Source: an uncultured virus (IMG/VR IMGVR_UViG_3300044627_000710)
Lineage: Duplodnaviria; Heunggongvirae; Uroviricota; Caudoviricetes
DNA: 64,000 nt
Virus record (IMG/VR): IMGVR_UViG_3300044627_000710
Direction: 5' to 3' (one strand)
Translations under genes and position numbers: made by a program
Shown: one piece after another, positions 48,904-57,704 of the stretch
Numbering within the stretch: position 1 is the stretch's first letter
How the letters are laid out: every line of letters starts with the position of its first letter
The notes under the pieces: generated by a model
Databases searched by the model: none
Told to the model about the DNA's origin: nothing
Seen by the model: only the letters and a program-made list of their open reading frames with translations

Positions 48904-49086
48904 GGTGGGGTGTCAAATGTTTTACAGGGTTTTCCCGAAATTTTTGTAGTGGGGTGGGGGGTTGGCGCGGGATTGGAGAAGGGGGTGTGTCTAGGGTTTT
49001 ACAAAATGGGTGGTGCGGGTGAGGATTAGTGTTCTTGTGTGGCCGTCCCCTTTGCTCAGCAATTGGGGGGTGGGGGTAGGGTGGGG
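48904..49086 (+). other. G-tract-rich non-coding segment with a G-quadruplex motif
   Basis: G6-T-G5-TA-G3-T-G4 at 49065-49086 and further G runs. Confidence 0.6.
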
Positions 49087-49135
49087 TCGCGGCGCGGCGA
49101 AGTACGCACCGCGCGCAAGGCTACAAAACACGCTG

Positions 49136-49144
49136 TGTTAAAAT
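49136..49144 (+). promoter_or_regulatory. extended -10 early promoter
   Basis: TGTTAAAAT (TGn-TAAAAT) ahead of the first plus-strand gene. Confidence 0.55.
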
Positions 49145-49150
49145 AGAGGC

Positions 49151-49206
49151 ATCGGTTGGGGAGACTTGGCCGATTGGTTTGCCCTGTGCCACACACGGGG
49201 CTTTTT
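49151..49206 (+). promoter_or_regulatory. leader hairpin plus terminator-like hairpin
   Basis: ATCGGTTGGG-GAGA-CTTGGCCGAT, then GCCCTGTG-CCACA-CACGGGGC-TTTTT. Confidence 0.5.
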
Positions 49207-49225
49207 CGTTTCTAGGAGCAATGAC

Positions 49226-49657
49226 ATGAGCAAGAAAGTATTCGAGGGTTTGGTCGTCACCACAGCGATGGCGGCGGTGTTCGAGGATGTGGACAACACG
49301 TCCACGAGTTTCTGCGAGCGACTGCTCGCACTTGGCATCGGCGACCGCGCTACTGCGCGGCCATTCGTCATGCTGTGGGCGGCTAAGAAGTACAACGCCC
49401 GTATCGTGATGGGTCAACGCGGCGAGACTTGGGCGGTGCGCGACTGCGATGCGTCACGCGCTACATCACGGGTTCTTGCCGCTTGCTTCCCAAGCGTTGA
49501 TCTGCCCAAGCGCAAGGGGAACAGCAAGAGCAAGCCCGTGAAGTTCACGCGAGCCATGACTAGTGCCGCTAACTTGTTTCTCGCAGAGTTCGAGGGCAAA
49601 GACAAGGCCGCGCAGATCAAGCAAGCCTTGGCCCTGCTTCGTTCTTTGCAGAAGTAA
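49226..49657 (+). CDS. early hypothetical protein
   Basis: RBS AGGAGCAATGAC before ATG. Confidence 0.7.
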   Translation: MSKKVFEGLVVTTAMAAVFEDVDNTSTSFCERLLALGIGDRATARPFVMLWAAKKYNARIVMGQRGETWAVRDCDASRATSRVLAACFPSVDLPKRKGNSKSKPVKFTRAMTSAANLFLAEFEGKDKAAQIKQALALLRSLQK

Positions 49658-49747
49658 CTTGTGGACAGTTCGTCCACGAGTTTTCCAGGCGGCGATTCCT
49701 GCGAGGGGGTCGCCGCTATTTCTTTTCTTGTCAAAGGAGCAATGACC

Positions 49748-49909
49748 ATGAAGAAGCAATTCACCACCAAGACCATCGACCGCAACACTGGCCGCGAGAT
49801 CAAGAAAGCCCTGCGCGAAGAGCGCAAGGCCAAGGCACGCGCCAACGAGATCAAGCACCGCGCCAACGAGTCCGAGTGGCAAGCCGAACTGCGCCGCCTC
49901 GGTTTCTAA
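49748..49909 (+). CDS. small basic early protein
   Basis: RBS AAAGGAGCAATGACC; phage-like codon usage. Confidence 0.65.
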   Translation: MKKQFTTKTIDRNTGREIKKALREERKAKARANEIKHRANESEWQAELRRLGF

Positions 49910-49990
49910 CTCGTGGACAACTTGTCCACAACATCTTGTGGAGATACCCTAGTAAAAACCCTGAGTGGGTATCGCGTCCTCGATCCCACA

Positions 49991-50242
49991 CTAGTGGACA
50001 TCGCGTGGACACCCGCAAACCCGCGCCAACACTAGCGTCCACCCACAACCACCCCTTACTTACCTATCTCTATATCTATATAAAAAAGGATAAGTAAGTG
50101 TGTGTATGCGGTGGACGCTCTTGTTGTCCGGGAAGTTGGTCTTTCCCTAAGTGCACTCTAAAATGAGATAGGTATGTTGAGACAAAAACCCCGCAACCCG
50201 CGCCAACACTGGCGCTCCCGCTGTCCAGGAAATGTCCACTAG
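49991..50242. repeat. origin-like region with nested inverted and direct repeats around an AT-rich core
   Basis: IR 49991-50011/50222-50242; DR 50012-50037/50190-50214; IR 50061-50070/50165-50174. Confidence 0.6.
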
Positions 50243-50315
50243 CGTGGAATCCAGGACGCAAACGGCTTCAAGTGGGTATGCCGTCCACAAAACACCCCCA
50301 AACAGGAGCAAAACG

Positions 50316-51083
50316 ATGCCCGACACACGCATCTGCACATCTTGCAACACCACTCAACCCGCCGCCAAGTTCCGCGCTTGGATGAGCAAGAAAGAAGCCC
50401 TTGGCCGAGGCTACAGCGGCGAGCGCCGCATCCTTTATGTCTCCTCGCTGTGCCAAACCTGCCGCGCCGCACTCAAGCGCAAGCCAACCAACACCACCAT
50501 CAAACATATCCAAAACCGCATCGGCTCGGGTGACTTGCACCCGCTGGTCGGCAAGTCTTGGATAGCCAAGCGCCGGGACAACGCCAAGGCCAAGCAAGCG
50601 CAAGCCATCGCCAAGGCATGGCGCAAAGCAGACCGCGCCACCTACAAACCCGCACTCGACTCACTCAGAAAGGAACTGCTATGGACTCAGGGCCAGATCA
50701 ACTACCGCTACCCCAAGACCCCGACCGCACCGCCCGACCAACTCTATGCCCACTTCCTGCTCCCGTACCGGGTGCTGCTCCAACGCATCAAGGCGCACAT
50801 CAACGACATCATCAACGCCCCCACCAAACAACGCACCAACCCCAACATACCCACCCATCGCATCCCCCACGCTCAGTTCGCAGACTGGGAGGACTACGCC
50901 ACTGAAGACCAACGCACCCTAGTGCAAACCCTATGGAACAACCTACCTGAAGAAGAAAGGAGGAAGGTGCGCCACACCCCGGCGCTCATCTCGTGGCGTG
51001 CAGCAGAGCAACGCCGCGCACCACCCGCAAGGCCCACACGCCCTGCGAAAAAGAAACTCGTGGACAAGGTGTCCACAACTTAA
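50316..51083 (+). CDS. basic protein with N-terminal Zn finger
   Basis: AGGAG RBS; CTSC..CQTC. Confidence 0.65.
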   Translation: MPDTRICTSCNTTQPAAKFRAWMSKKEALGRGYSGERRILYVSSLCQTCRAALKRKPTNTTIKHIQNRIGSGDLHPLVGKSWIAKRRDNAKAKQAQAIAKAWRKADRATYKPALDSLRKELLWTQGQINYRYPKTPTAPPDQLYAHFLLPYRVLLQRIKAHINDIINAPTKQRTNPNIPTHRIPHAQFADWEDYATEDQRTLVQTLWNNLPEEERRKVRHTPALISWRAAEQRRAPPARPTRPAKKKLVDKVSTT

Positions 51084-51095
51084 AGGAGAAAGCAA

Positions 51096-51692
51096 ATGGC
51101 TACATACCTCGACGACTCAGCGCGTTCCAACATCGTGAGCAAGATCATGGACGATGTGCCCACAACCAACATCGACACGATCAAGCAACAGATACAGGAC
51201 GCACTCTACTTACTCATGAAACCGGAGATCGCTGACTTCCACAAGCAGTACGGCGAGAAGCATCCCGATATGTTCAAGACCGACTACTACGAGTACACCT
51301 TCAACTTGGGTCGCTTCTTTTGGGGCAACCTCAAGGCAGTAAGCCCAACACTCGATGGGTTCAAGCCACTGGAAGACTACTCGGAGTTGCAGCGGAAGCA
51401 AAGCGAGATGCGGGAGAAGCTGCAGGCCATGTTCAAAACCTGCCGCACAGTGAAGTCACTGCACGAGAAGTACCCCGAGTTTGCCAAGTACTACCCCGCT
51501 GACGACACCGTCCCAACCATACGCAACAAGTCAGGCAAGACAGCCGAGGAGTTAGCGGCACTAGCCGAGGCCAAGCGCAAGCAAGAAGAGGAGGAAGCCA
51601 AGCGCAGACTGAACGCGTTCAGTGTTGCAGCCAACCTGTCTGCCCTCGGGTGGACACCCAGTGAAACCAACGAGAAAGGAGCAATGCAATGA
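51096..51692 (+). CDS. Nmad5-like protein
   Basis: KLQAMFKTCRTVKSLHEKYPEFAKYYP motif. Confidence 0.55.
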   Translation: MATYLDDSARSNIVSKIMDDVPTTNIDTIKQQIQDALYLLMKPEIADFHKQYGEKHPDMFKTDYYEYTFNLGRFFWGNLKAVSPTLDGFKPLEDYSELQRKQSEMREKLQAMFKTCRTVKSLHEKYPEFAKYYPADDTVPTIRNKSGKTAEELAALAEAKRKQEEEEAKRRLNAFSVAANLSALGWTPSETNEKGAMQ

Positions 51693-52003
51693 AGATCAAG
51701 ACGAGTGAACTGACCGGAGCCGCGCTCGACTGGATGGTGTGCGTGTGTGAAGGCGAATCCCCGAGCCGATACACCCGGTACTCAACCGACTGGGCGCAAG
51801 GTGGCCCGATCATTGAGAAGGAGAAGATCGATGTGGTTTATGTGGGGTATGCACAATCAGATGACAAGCAATGGGTTGCGATGGATAAGAGCTACGGCCC
51901 CACGCCACTGGTCGCAGCCATGCGGTGCTATGTGGCAAGCCAACTCGGTGACGAGGTGGATGTGCCTGACGAACTCGTGGACAAGTTGTCCACAAGTGTT
52001 TAA
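51689..52003 (+). CDS. NinX/DUF2591-family protein
   Basis: ELTGAALDW..YSTDWAQGGPIIE..GPTPLVAAMRC..LGDEVDVP. Confidence 0.8.
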   Translation: MKIKTSELTGAALDWMVCVCEGESPSRYTRYSTDWAQGGPIIEKEKIDVVYVGYAQSDDKQWVAMDKSYGPTPLVAAMRCYVASQLGDEVDVPDELVDKLSTSV

Positions 52004-52026
52004 CCAACCAAGAAAGGAGCAATGCA

Positions 52027-52347
52027 ATGACTACGAACAAGGTGATATTGCAACGCAGGTGGAACAACCTGCGTAAGAACATGGAGCACATGGAGAAACT
52101 GATCCTTGAACTTATGCGTAACCCTGCCACTGAACCTGAACACATGGCGCAAGCACACGCCATGTATGCCAACGCCGCCAAGCAGATCAGTGAGATCAGC
52201 GCGAGTGTGGACAACGCGTTGAGGGGCGTGGCTCAGCCCGAGCCGAAGCCGGTCTATGTCTGTGTCTGCGGTTGCACCGAGCCACCGATGAAGTCCATAG
52301 ATCACCCCGATGTTTGGCCCTCATGCCCCAACTGCGGAATGGTTTGA
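52027..52347 (+). CDS. hypothetical protein with C-terminal Zn ribbon
   Basis: RBS motif; CVCGC..CPNCG. Confidence 0.65.
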   Translation: MTTNKVILQRRWNNLRKNMEHMEKLILELMRNPATEPEHMAQAHAMYANAAKQISEISASVDNALRGVAQPEPKPVYVCVCGCTEPPMKSIDHPDVWPSCPNCGMV

Positions 52348-52360
52348 AAGGAGAAAGCAA

Positions 52361-52567
52361 ATGACAACAGACAACACCAACAACCCCAACGATCCATTCC
52401 TTGCACACGAGGCGCTGGATCGCACTTACTTGGTGGCGTGCATGGTGGACAGCCACCTGCTAGATCACCCCTACATGGCACGCAACAAGGATGTGCGGAA
52501 GCTGATCAGCCGCGCTTCTGACGCACTCAACAAAGCCTATCAACTCATTGGAGAAAAGACACTATGA
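52361..52567 (+). CDS. hypothetical protein
   Basis: RBS AGGAGAAAGC; HEALDRT..AYQLIG. Confidence 0.65.
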   Translation: MTTDNTNNPNDPFLAHEALDRTYLVACMVDSHLLDHPYMARNKDVRKLISRASDALNKAYQLIGEKTL

Positions 52568-52797
52568 AAAACGGAATCATCATCAACGACTGGTCTGTAG
52601 TACCCACGCCCGACAACCTGGGTTTAGCACTCAAGCCCTTGTTCGAGGATCAGTACGAGATATGCGTAGCCATACGCGAGGGGTACATCGAGGTGTCGCT
52701 TCATGCGGACGGGGTGTACTCGGAACTCGCATCTATGACCTACAAAGTTTCCTACCAACTCACGGCAGACGACATCGCCATGCCGACCATCGACTAA
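52564..52797 (+). CDS. hypothetical protein
   Basis: GGAG RBS; ATGA overlap. Confidence 0.6.
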   Translation: MKNGIIINDWSVVPTPDNLGLALKPLFEDQYEICVAIREGYIEVSLHADGVYSELASMTYKVSYQLTADDIAMPTID

Positions 52798-52816
52798 CCA
52801 AGAAAGGAGCAATGCA

Positions 52817-53824
52817 ATGACTAGATCAACACACCACTCAGCCGATGTGCGTAACTACACACTGGCACAAGCGCACTTCAAAAACATCAAGCCCGTCAAG
52901 TCCAGTGCGTGGCCTGCCAACACCAGACCACTGCACCCCAAGCGCGGCTCTTACCCGCAGTACAAACTGATCCAACACGATGGCGGCAAGTACTACGACA
53001 TCGTGCTGTACGAAACCATCATGGGCAGGCACTACGCTCAGGCGCAGGACGGTTCGTACACCTCGTACTACAACAACCACAACACCGCACTCAGCCGTGA
53101 CTTTCTCTACGACACGCTGCGTAGAAACTGGGCCAACGAGATCACCGATACCAACGGCAAGCAAGTTGTTGTGCACATCGGGTTCTCAGACACCAAGCAC
53201 TACTGCGTTGACCCGACAGATGGGCAGAAGTTCTCAACGCGCATAGTGCTCGTGCAATCACCGACCGACCCAAACAAGTGGCGCATCGACACGGCACGCT
53301 CACACGAGGCCAAGTTCTACAGCAAGGTATCGACTGACGCCGACAAGCAAGCCCGTGCTCAGTTGCGACAGCGGCTTGAGACTCTGGTTGAGATGGCCGC
53401 GCTTCGCTTGCCACAGATGGCGCGTGATGCTGACCCTCAGCGGTGGAAGGGTGAGCCGTTCTCATCGTGGCCGTCCAACGCCAAACGCAAATTCCTAGAC
53501 ATGCGTGGGCTGTGCGACCTGAGAGTTGTGCTCGAAGACGCATGGACAGACGAGGCACGCACTGCGTTCTTCGACGCCGCGCAGCATGTCTACGATACCT
53601 TGCTGAGCAAGCGTGCGTATGTCGAGGTGCGGGGTGCGTGGGACTCGACCTTTGCCGATGCGTGTAACAAGATGATTGATGGGATAACCGAGAAGGATTT
53701 CACGCAGTCCTTCATGCGCTTTCTCATCGACAGATCGGGCAACAACACACAACGCGGACGCAAGTATCTGCCGCAGTTTTCTGCCCCTGGGGAATGGCCC
53801 CGTACTGGGGTTTTTGCTGAGTAG
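52817..53824 (+). CDS. hypothetical protein
   Basis: 335 aa; RBS motif AAGGAGCAATGC. Confidence 0.75.
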   Translation: MTRSTHHSADVRNYTLAQAHFKNIKPVKSSAWPANTRPLHPKRGSYPQYKLIQHDGGKYYDIVLYETIMGRHYAQAQDGSYTSYYNNHNTALSRDFLYDTLRRNWANEITDTNGKQVVVHIGFSDTKHYCVDPTDGQKFSTRIVLVQSPTDPNKWRIDTARSHEAKFYSKVSTDADKQARAQLRQRLETLVEMAALRLPQMARDADPQRWKGEPFSSWPSNAKRKFLDMRGLCDLRVVLEDAWTDEARTAFFDAAQHVYDTLLSKRAYVEVRGAWDSTFADACNKMIDGITEKDFTQSFMRFLIDRSGNNTQRGRKYLPQFSAPGEWPRTGVFAE

Positions 53825-53949
53825 TTTGTTACTGAAAGGAGGTAATTTGATATTGTCAAAGGATGGACAGGGGGGTAAACTTCCCCTGTTCAAAGTCGTG
53901 GACGCGGTGTCCACAAGTTCTCGATTCATCAACTTCAAGGAGCAATGAC

Positions 53950-55086
53950 ATGGCTATCTATCTCAACTTCGAGCAGACCCTCAACGCGCTGATCAACCTC
54001 GGCGACAAGCGCACGATACTCGTGCAGGGCGAGAACGGCATCGGCAAGACCGCGCTGTTCCACGCAATGAAGCGGCATCCCAAGTTCATCAACCACATCG
54101 CGGTTGACCCCATCGACTGCACCCAGTTGTCCGATGGTTCGGTGTGGATGCCTGACATTGACCGTGAGCATGGCGTATCCCGTGAGTTGCCCAACGAGCG
54201 GTTCGGTCTGAGCCACACCAATCAGAAGGGTGTCAACGGTGCGCGTCCCATCCTTGTGTTCTTCGATGAGATTGCCAAGGCTCGTCAGTACATCAAGGAC
54301 ACCATCGCCCCCATCATCTATGAGCATCGACTCGGTGCGTATCACGCGCCTGATGGTTCGACTATCTTCGCGGCAACCAACCTTGCTATCGAGGGACTGG
54401 GCGACTCCATCCAAGCGCACCTGCGTAACCGACTCGTTGTCATCAAGATGCGTAAGCCCACTATGGAGGAGTGGGTCAAGTGGGCGTATGCCAACGGCAT
54501 CCACGAGTACATCATTGCGTTCTGCATGGAGTACCCGATGGTGTTCGACTCGTTCATCGACTACGAGCAGGGCGGCAAGTTCGAGGGCAGGAATCTGTCC
54601 AAGGACAACGGCCACATCTTCAACCCCAAGATTCAGCAAGATGCGTATGCTTCGCCGCGCTCCCTGCATGCGGCGTCTGACATATTGCACAAGTGCTTGA
54701 ATGTTGTTGACGACGACACGCTCGAAGCCCTGCTCACTGGTGCGGTGGGCGAGGTCACATCCAAGTCCATCGGTTCGTTCGTGCGCTTCGGCCATCAGGT
54801 CACGCCGTTCGAGCGTGTGCTCCACGATCCTGCCAACGCACCGCTGACTGACAACGCAGGTGTGCAGTTGGTGCAGGTGTTGCAGTTCATCAACCGCACC
54901 AAGTCTCGTGACGAGGCAGACAAGGTGCTCGTGTATGTGAACCGCATGAAGGAGGAGATGCAGTCGGTGTTCTGCACGCAACTTGCCAACAGCGCAGACA
55001 GCACGCCCAGTGCCCTGCACTTCGGCACTAACAAGAAGTTCGCGGACTTGCTTGCCAAGCACCGCATCTACTTCGGCACTAAGTAA
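53950..55086 (+). CDS. MoxR-like AAA+ ATPase
   Basis: Walker A GENGIGKT, Walker B FFDE, sensor AATN, LRNRL, SPRS. Confidence 0.85.
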   Translation: MAIYLNFEQTLNALINLGDKRTILVQGENGIGKTALFHAMKRHPKFINHIAVDPIDCTQLSDGSVWMPDIDREHGVSRELPNERFGLSHTNQKGVNGARPILVFFDEIAKARQYIKDTIAPIIYEHRLGAYHAPDGSTIFAATNLAIEGLGDSIQAHLRNRLVVIKMRKPTMEEWVKWAYANGIHEYIIAFCMEYPMVFDSFIDYEQGGKFEGRNLSKDNGHIFNPKIQQDAYASPRSLHAASDILHKCLNVVDDDTLEALLTGAVGEVTSKSIGSFVRFGHQVTPFERVLHDPANAPLTDNAGVQLVQVLQFINRTKSRDEADKVLVYVNRMKEEMQSVFCTQLANSADSTPSALHFGTNKKFADLLAKHRIYFGTK

Positions 55087-55109
55087 CCAACCAAGAAAGG
55101 AGCAATGCC

Positions 55110-56312
55110 ATGTCATTCGAGAAACTAACACTCCAACAGCGTGTGTCTGCGGCCAACATCGACTGCATGCGTCACCCTGCCTTCTGTCAGTTCACTGCCT
55201 ACATTGCGATGGGCAAGTCTGAGGTACAGACAGCGGTCAAGACTGCATGCACCAATGGCCGTGACAAGTTGTACGGCGCTGAGTTCATCAAGCCACTCAA
55301 CCGCAAGCAGATGCGCTACCTCGTCATGCACGAGAACCTGCATGTGGCCCTGCGTCACTGCACTGGCTACAAAGCGGTGTCGCGCAAGTACCCCAAGTTA
55401 GCCAACGTAGCCAAGGACTATGTGGTCAACGGCATCATCGAGGAGCTTGACCCCAACTTCCTGTTCGTCGAGCGCCCGACTCCAACCATCCTCATCGACC
55501 CCAAGTATTTCGGTTGGTCATTCCCGCAAGTCTTCAACGACTTGTTCAAGAACGGCAAGGGTGGTGGCGGCGAGGGTGGTGACGAGGATGGTGGCGGCGA
55601 CTTCAATGAACCCATCGACGCACACGAGGAGATGGAGTTCGCTGACGAGGAGGCCGAGCGCCAACACGAGCGCGAGATCGAGGACGCTGCTCGGCAAGGC
55701 CAGTTGATTGCCAAGCGCATGGCGGGTAAGGGTAGTGGTGGCCGGGACATCTTCGGCACTGCGGCGCACCGTGACACTGACTGGGTGTCTGCGTTGCAGG
55801 ACTGGATCGCATCGGTGTCCGAGGGTGACGACCTGTCTCGCTTCTGTCCTCCCAACAAGCGCATGCTTGCCGCAGGGTTCGTGATGCCTTCGCACTTCAG
55901 CGAGTCGCTCGGCGAGTTGGTCATCGCTTGCGATACCTCGGGTTCGATGGGGCCGTACTACACCAACATCTTCGGCGAAGTTGCGCGTATCTGCGAGACG
56001 ACTAAGCCTGCCAAGGTGCGCGTGCTGTGGTGGGACACGTCAGTATGTGGTGACCAAGAGTTCGCCCCTGGCGACTACGACCGCATCGCGTCCCTGCTCA
56101 AGCCTGCGGGTGGTGGCGGCACTACGCCCGATGTAGTTGTGCAGTATCTCAAGGAGAAGAAGATCAACGCCAAGGGTCTGGTCTGGCTAACAGATGGGTA
56201 CATCGGTTGCGACACGCCGCGCACCGACATGCCTGCGATTTGGGGAGTGGTCAATAACGATACGTTCGTGCCTCAGCACGGCAAGGTTCTTCACATCAAC
56301 GTCAACGTTTAA
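55110..56312 (+). CDS. metallopeptidase-VWA protein (DUF2201-like)
   Basis: TACTNG, HENLH, Gly/acidic linker, MIDAS DTSGS, GGGGT, LTDG. Confidence 0.85.
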   Translation: MSFEKLTLQQRVSAANIDCMRHPAFCQFTAYIAMGKSEVQTAVKTACTNGRDKLYGAEFIKPLNRKQMRYLVMHENLHVALRHCTGYKAVSRKYPKLANVAKDYVVNGIIEELDPNFLFVERPTPTILIDPKYFGWSFPQVFNDLFKNGKGGGGEGGDEDGGGDFNEPIDAHEEMEFADEEAERQHEREIEDAARQGQLIAKRMAGKGSGGRDIFGTAAHRDTDWVSALQDWIASVSEGDDLSRFCPPNKRMLAAGFVMPSHFSESLGELVIACDTSGSMGPYYTNIFGEVARICETTKPAKVRVLWWDTSVCGDQEFAPGDYDRIASLLKPAGGGGTTPDVVVQYLKEKKINAKGLVWLTDGYIGCDTPRTDMPAIWGVVNNDTFVPQHGKVLHINVNV

Positions 56313-56334
56313 TCAACTGTAAAGGAGCAAGCAC

Positions 56335-57222
56335 ATGAATACTCAAGTTACCCCCCGCTACAACATCGACACCTGCGCCATGCTCGTGGAGTTCAACGCT
56401 TCGGTGTGGACTGCGCGCAAGTTGGATCGCTCAACCACTGAGGAAGTTGTTACCAACAAGAACGCGGCGGCTAAGGATGCCGCACGTGTCAACAAGCACT
56501 TGCTTGCCGGGCGCAGTGAGTTGGATGTGGTGCAGCAACTGGTCAACCGTGTGCGTACCTTCGTGTACGACAACACCCTGCCGTGGTCTGACTCGGGCCT
56601 GCGCCTGTTGCCCACCAAGAACTTCATCAAGTTCACCGACAAGATGAACGACTTCGAGTCGGAGTTCGAGGCAACCGTCAACGCGTTTGTGGCTATCTAT
56701 CCCACGCTCATCACTGCTCAGGCGATGGCGCTCGGTGACATGTTCAAGCGCGACGACTACCCAACTGCCAATGAGATCGTTACCAAGTTCTCGTTCCGAG
56801 TCAACTACATGCCTGTGCCTACTGCGGGTGACTTCCGGGTTGACGTAGGCAATGCGGCTCAACAAGAATTGCAAACCAAGTTGGCGCAGCTTGCTGACGA
56901 GCGTGTCGAGGCGGCGATGGCAGATGTGCGTGCACGACTGGGCGACCATCTCAAGCGCATGTCTGACCGACTCACTACCGACACCGTGGCAGGTGAAGCC
57001 AAGGCGCGTAGGTTCCACGGCTCCCTTGTCGATGGCGCCTTGGAGTTGTGCGACTTGATCAAGACGCTCAACGTGGTGGGTGACGCCACACTCGAAGCAG
57101 CACGTCACGAGTTGGAGCAAGCACTGGTCGGTGTCACGCCTGACGAGTTGCGTAAGAACGAAGCCGTACGTGACGATACCAAGAAAGCAGTTGACTCGAT
57201 CCTTGGTCGGTTCAACTTCTAA
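56335..57222 (+). CDS. DUF3150-like protein
   Basis: WTARKLD..TLPW..GLRLLP..DYP..KF; follows the AAA/VWA pair. Confidence 0.6.
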   Translation: MNTQVTPRYNIDTCAMLVEFNASVWTARKLDRSTTEEVVTNKNAAAKDAARVNKHLLAGRSELDVVQQLVNRVRTFVYDNTLPWSDSGLRLLPTKNFIKFTDKMNDFESEFEATVNAFVAIYPTLITAQAMALGDMFKRDDYPTANEIVTKFSFRVNYMPVPTAGDFRVDVGNAAQQELQTKLAQLADERVEAAMADVRARLGDHLKRMSDRLTTDTVAGEAKARRFHGSLVDGALELCDLIKTLNVVGDATLEAARHELEQALVGVTPDELRKNEAVRDDTKKAVDSILGRFNF

Positions 57223-57299
57223 GCCGGGGGGCACTGCCCCCTTCCCTCTGCCCGTCCCTCTTGGGAACGGTCATCACCTTTCTTTTTAGGAGAAGCGAC

Positions 57300-57704
57300 A
57301 TGAAAAAGCAAACGCAAGAAACCAACGCAACCGAAACCGTGGCCCCGACCACCCCGACCATCCCCACCAAAACCAACAAGGCTGCGCTCGTCAGAGTGCT
57401 GCTCAAGCAGAAGAAGACTGCGAAACAAATCGCCGCTGAGGTTGGGTGCAAGCCGCAGTACGTTTACAGCGTGCAGAACCACGACCGCGTCAAGGCACGC
57501 AAGGCCAAGGCCAAGCGAGATTACGAGCGCAGGAAGGAGATCGCTGCAGGCTCGGTCAAGCGCAAGTACGTCAAGAGTGGCAAGTTTGCGAAGAAGGCAG
57601 CGCCAGAGGTTCGCACTCAGTACATCGAGATCGAGGTTCCGCAACCGCACTACAACCTGACATGGAGCCAGCGTTTCAAGGCACTGTTCACTGGGAGGGT
57701 TTGA
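57300..57704 (+). CDS. basic helix-turn-helix DNA-binding protein
   Basis: RBS AGGAGAAGCGAC; TAKQIAAEVGCKPQYVYSV. Confidence 0.7.
   Translation: MKKQTQETNATETVAPTTPTIPTKTNKAALVRVLLKQKKTAKQIAAEVGCKPQYVYSVQNHDRVKARKAKAKRDYERRKEIAAGSVKRKYVKSGKFAKKAAPEVRTQYIEIEVPQPHYNLTWSQRFKALFTGRV

Larger units (their letters stand above)
49289..53914. repeat. dispersed palindrome GTGGAC-N5-GTCCAC (6 copies)
   Basis: Copies start at 49289, 49661, 49913, 51060, 51977, 53898. Confidence 0.9.

Noticed and set aside
48911..48916. TTGACA on the minus strand as the late promoter -35
   Set aside because: No -10 hexamer at 16-18 nt spacing
49221..52820. ATG-NNN-TGA mini-ORFs inside the GGAGCAATG motif
   Set aside because: First ATG is only 2 nt from the SD, and the stop is absent in three of seven copies
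49289..53914. Palindromes as a CRISPR array or solitary CRISPR repeats
   Set aside because: Irregular spacing of hundreds to thousands of bases, variable centres, some inside genes; no cas operon
53935..55131. 398-aa minus-strand ORF, and similar ones at 2408-3415 and 56431-57234
   Set aside because: Mirror frames of well-supported plus-strand genes
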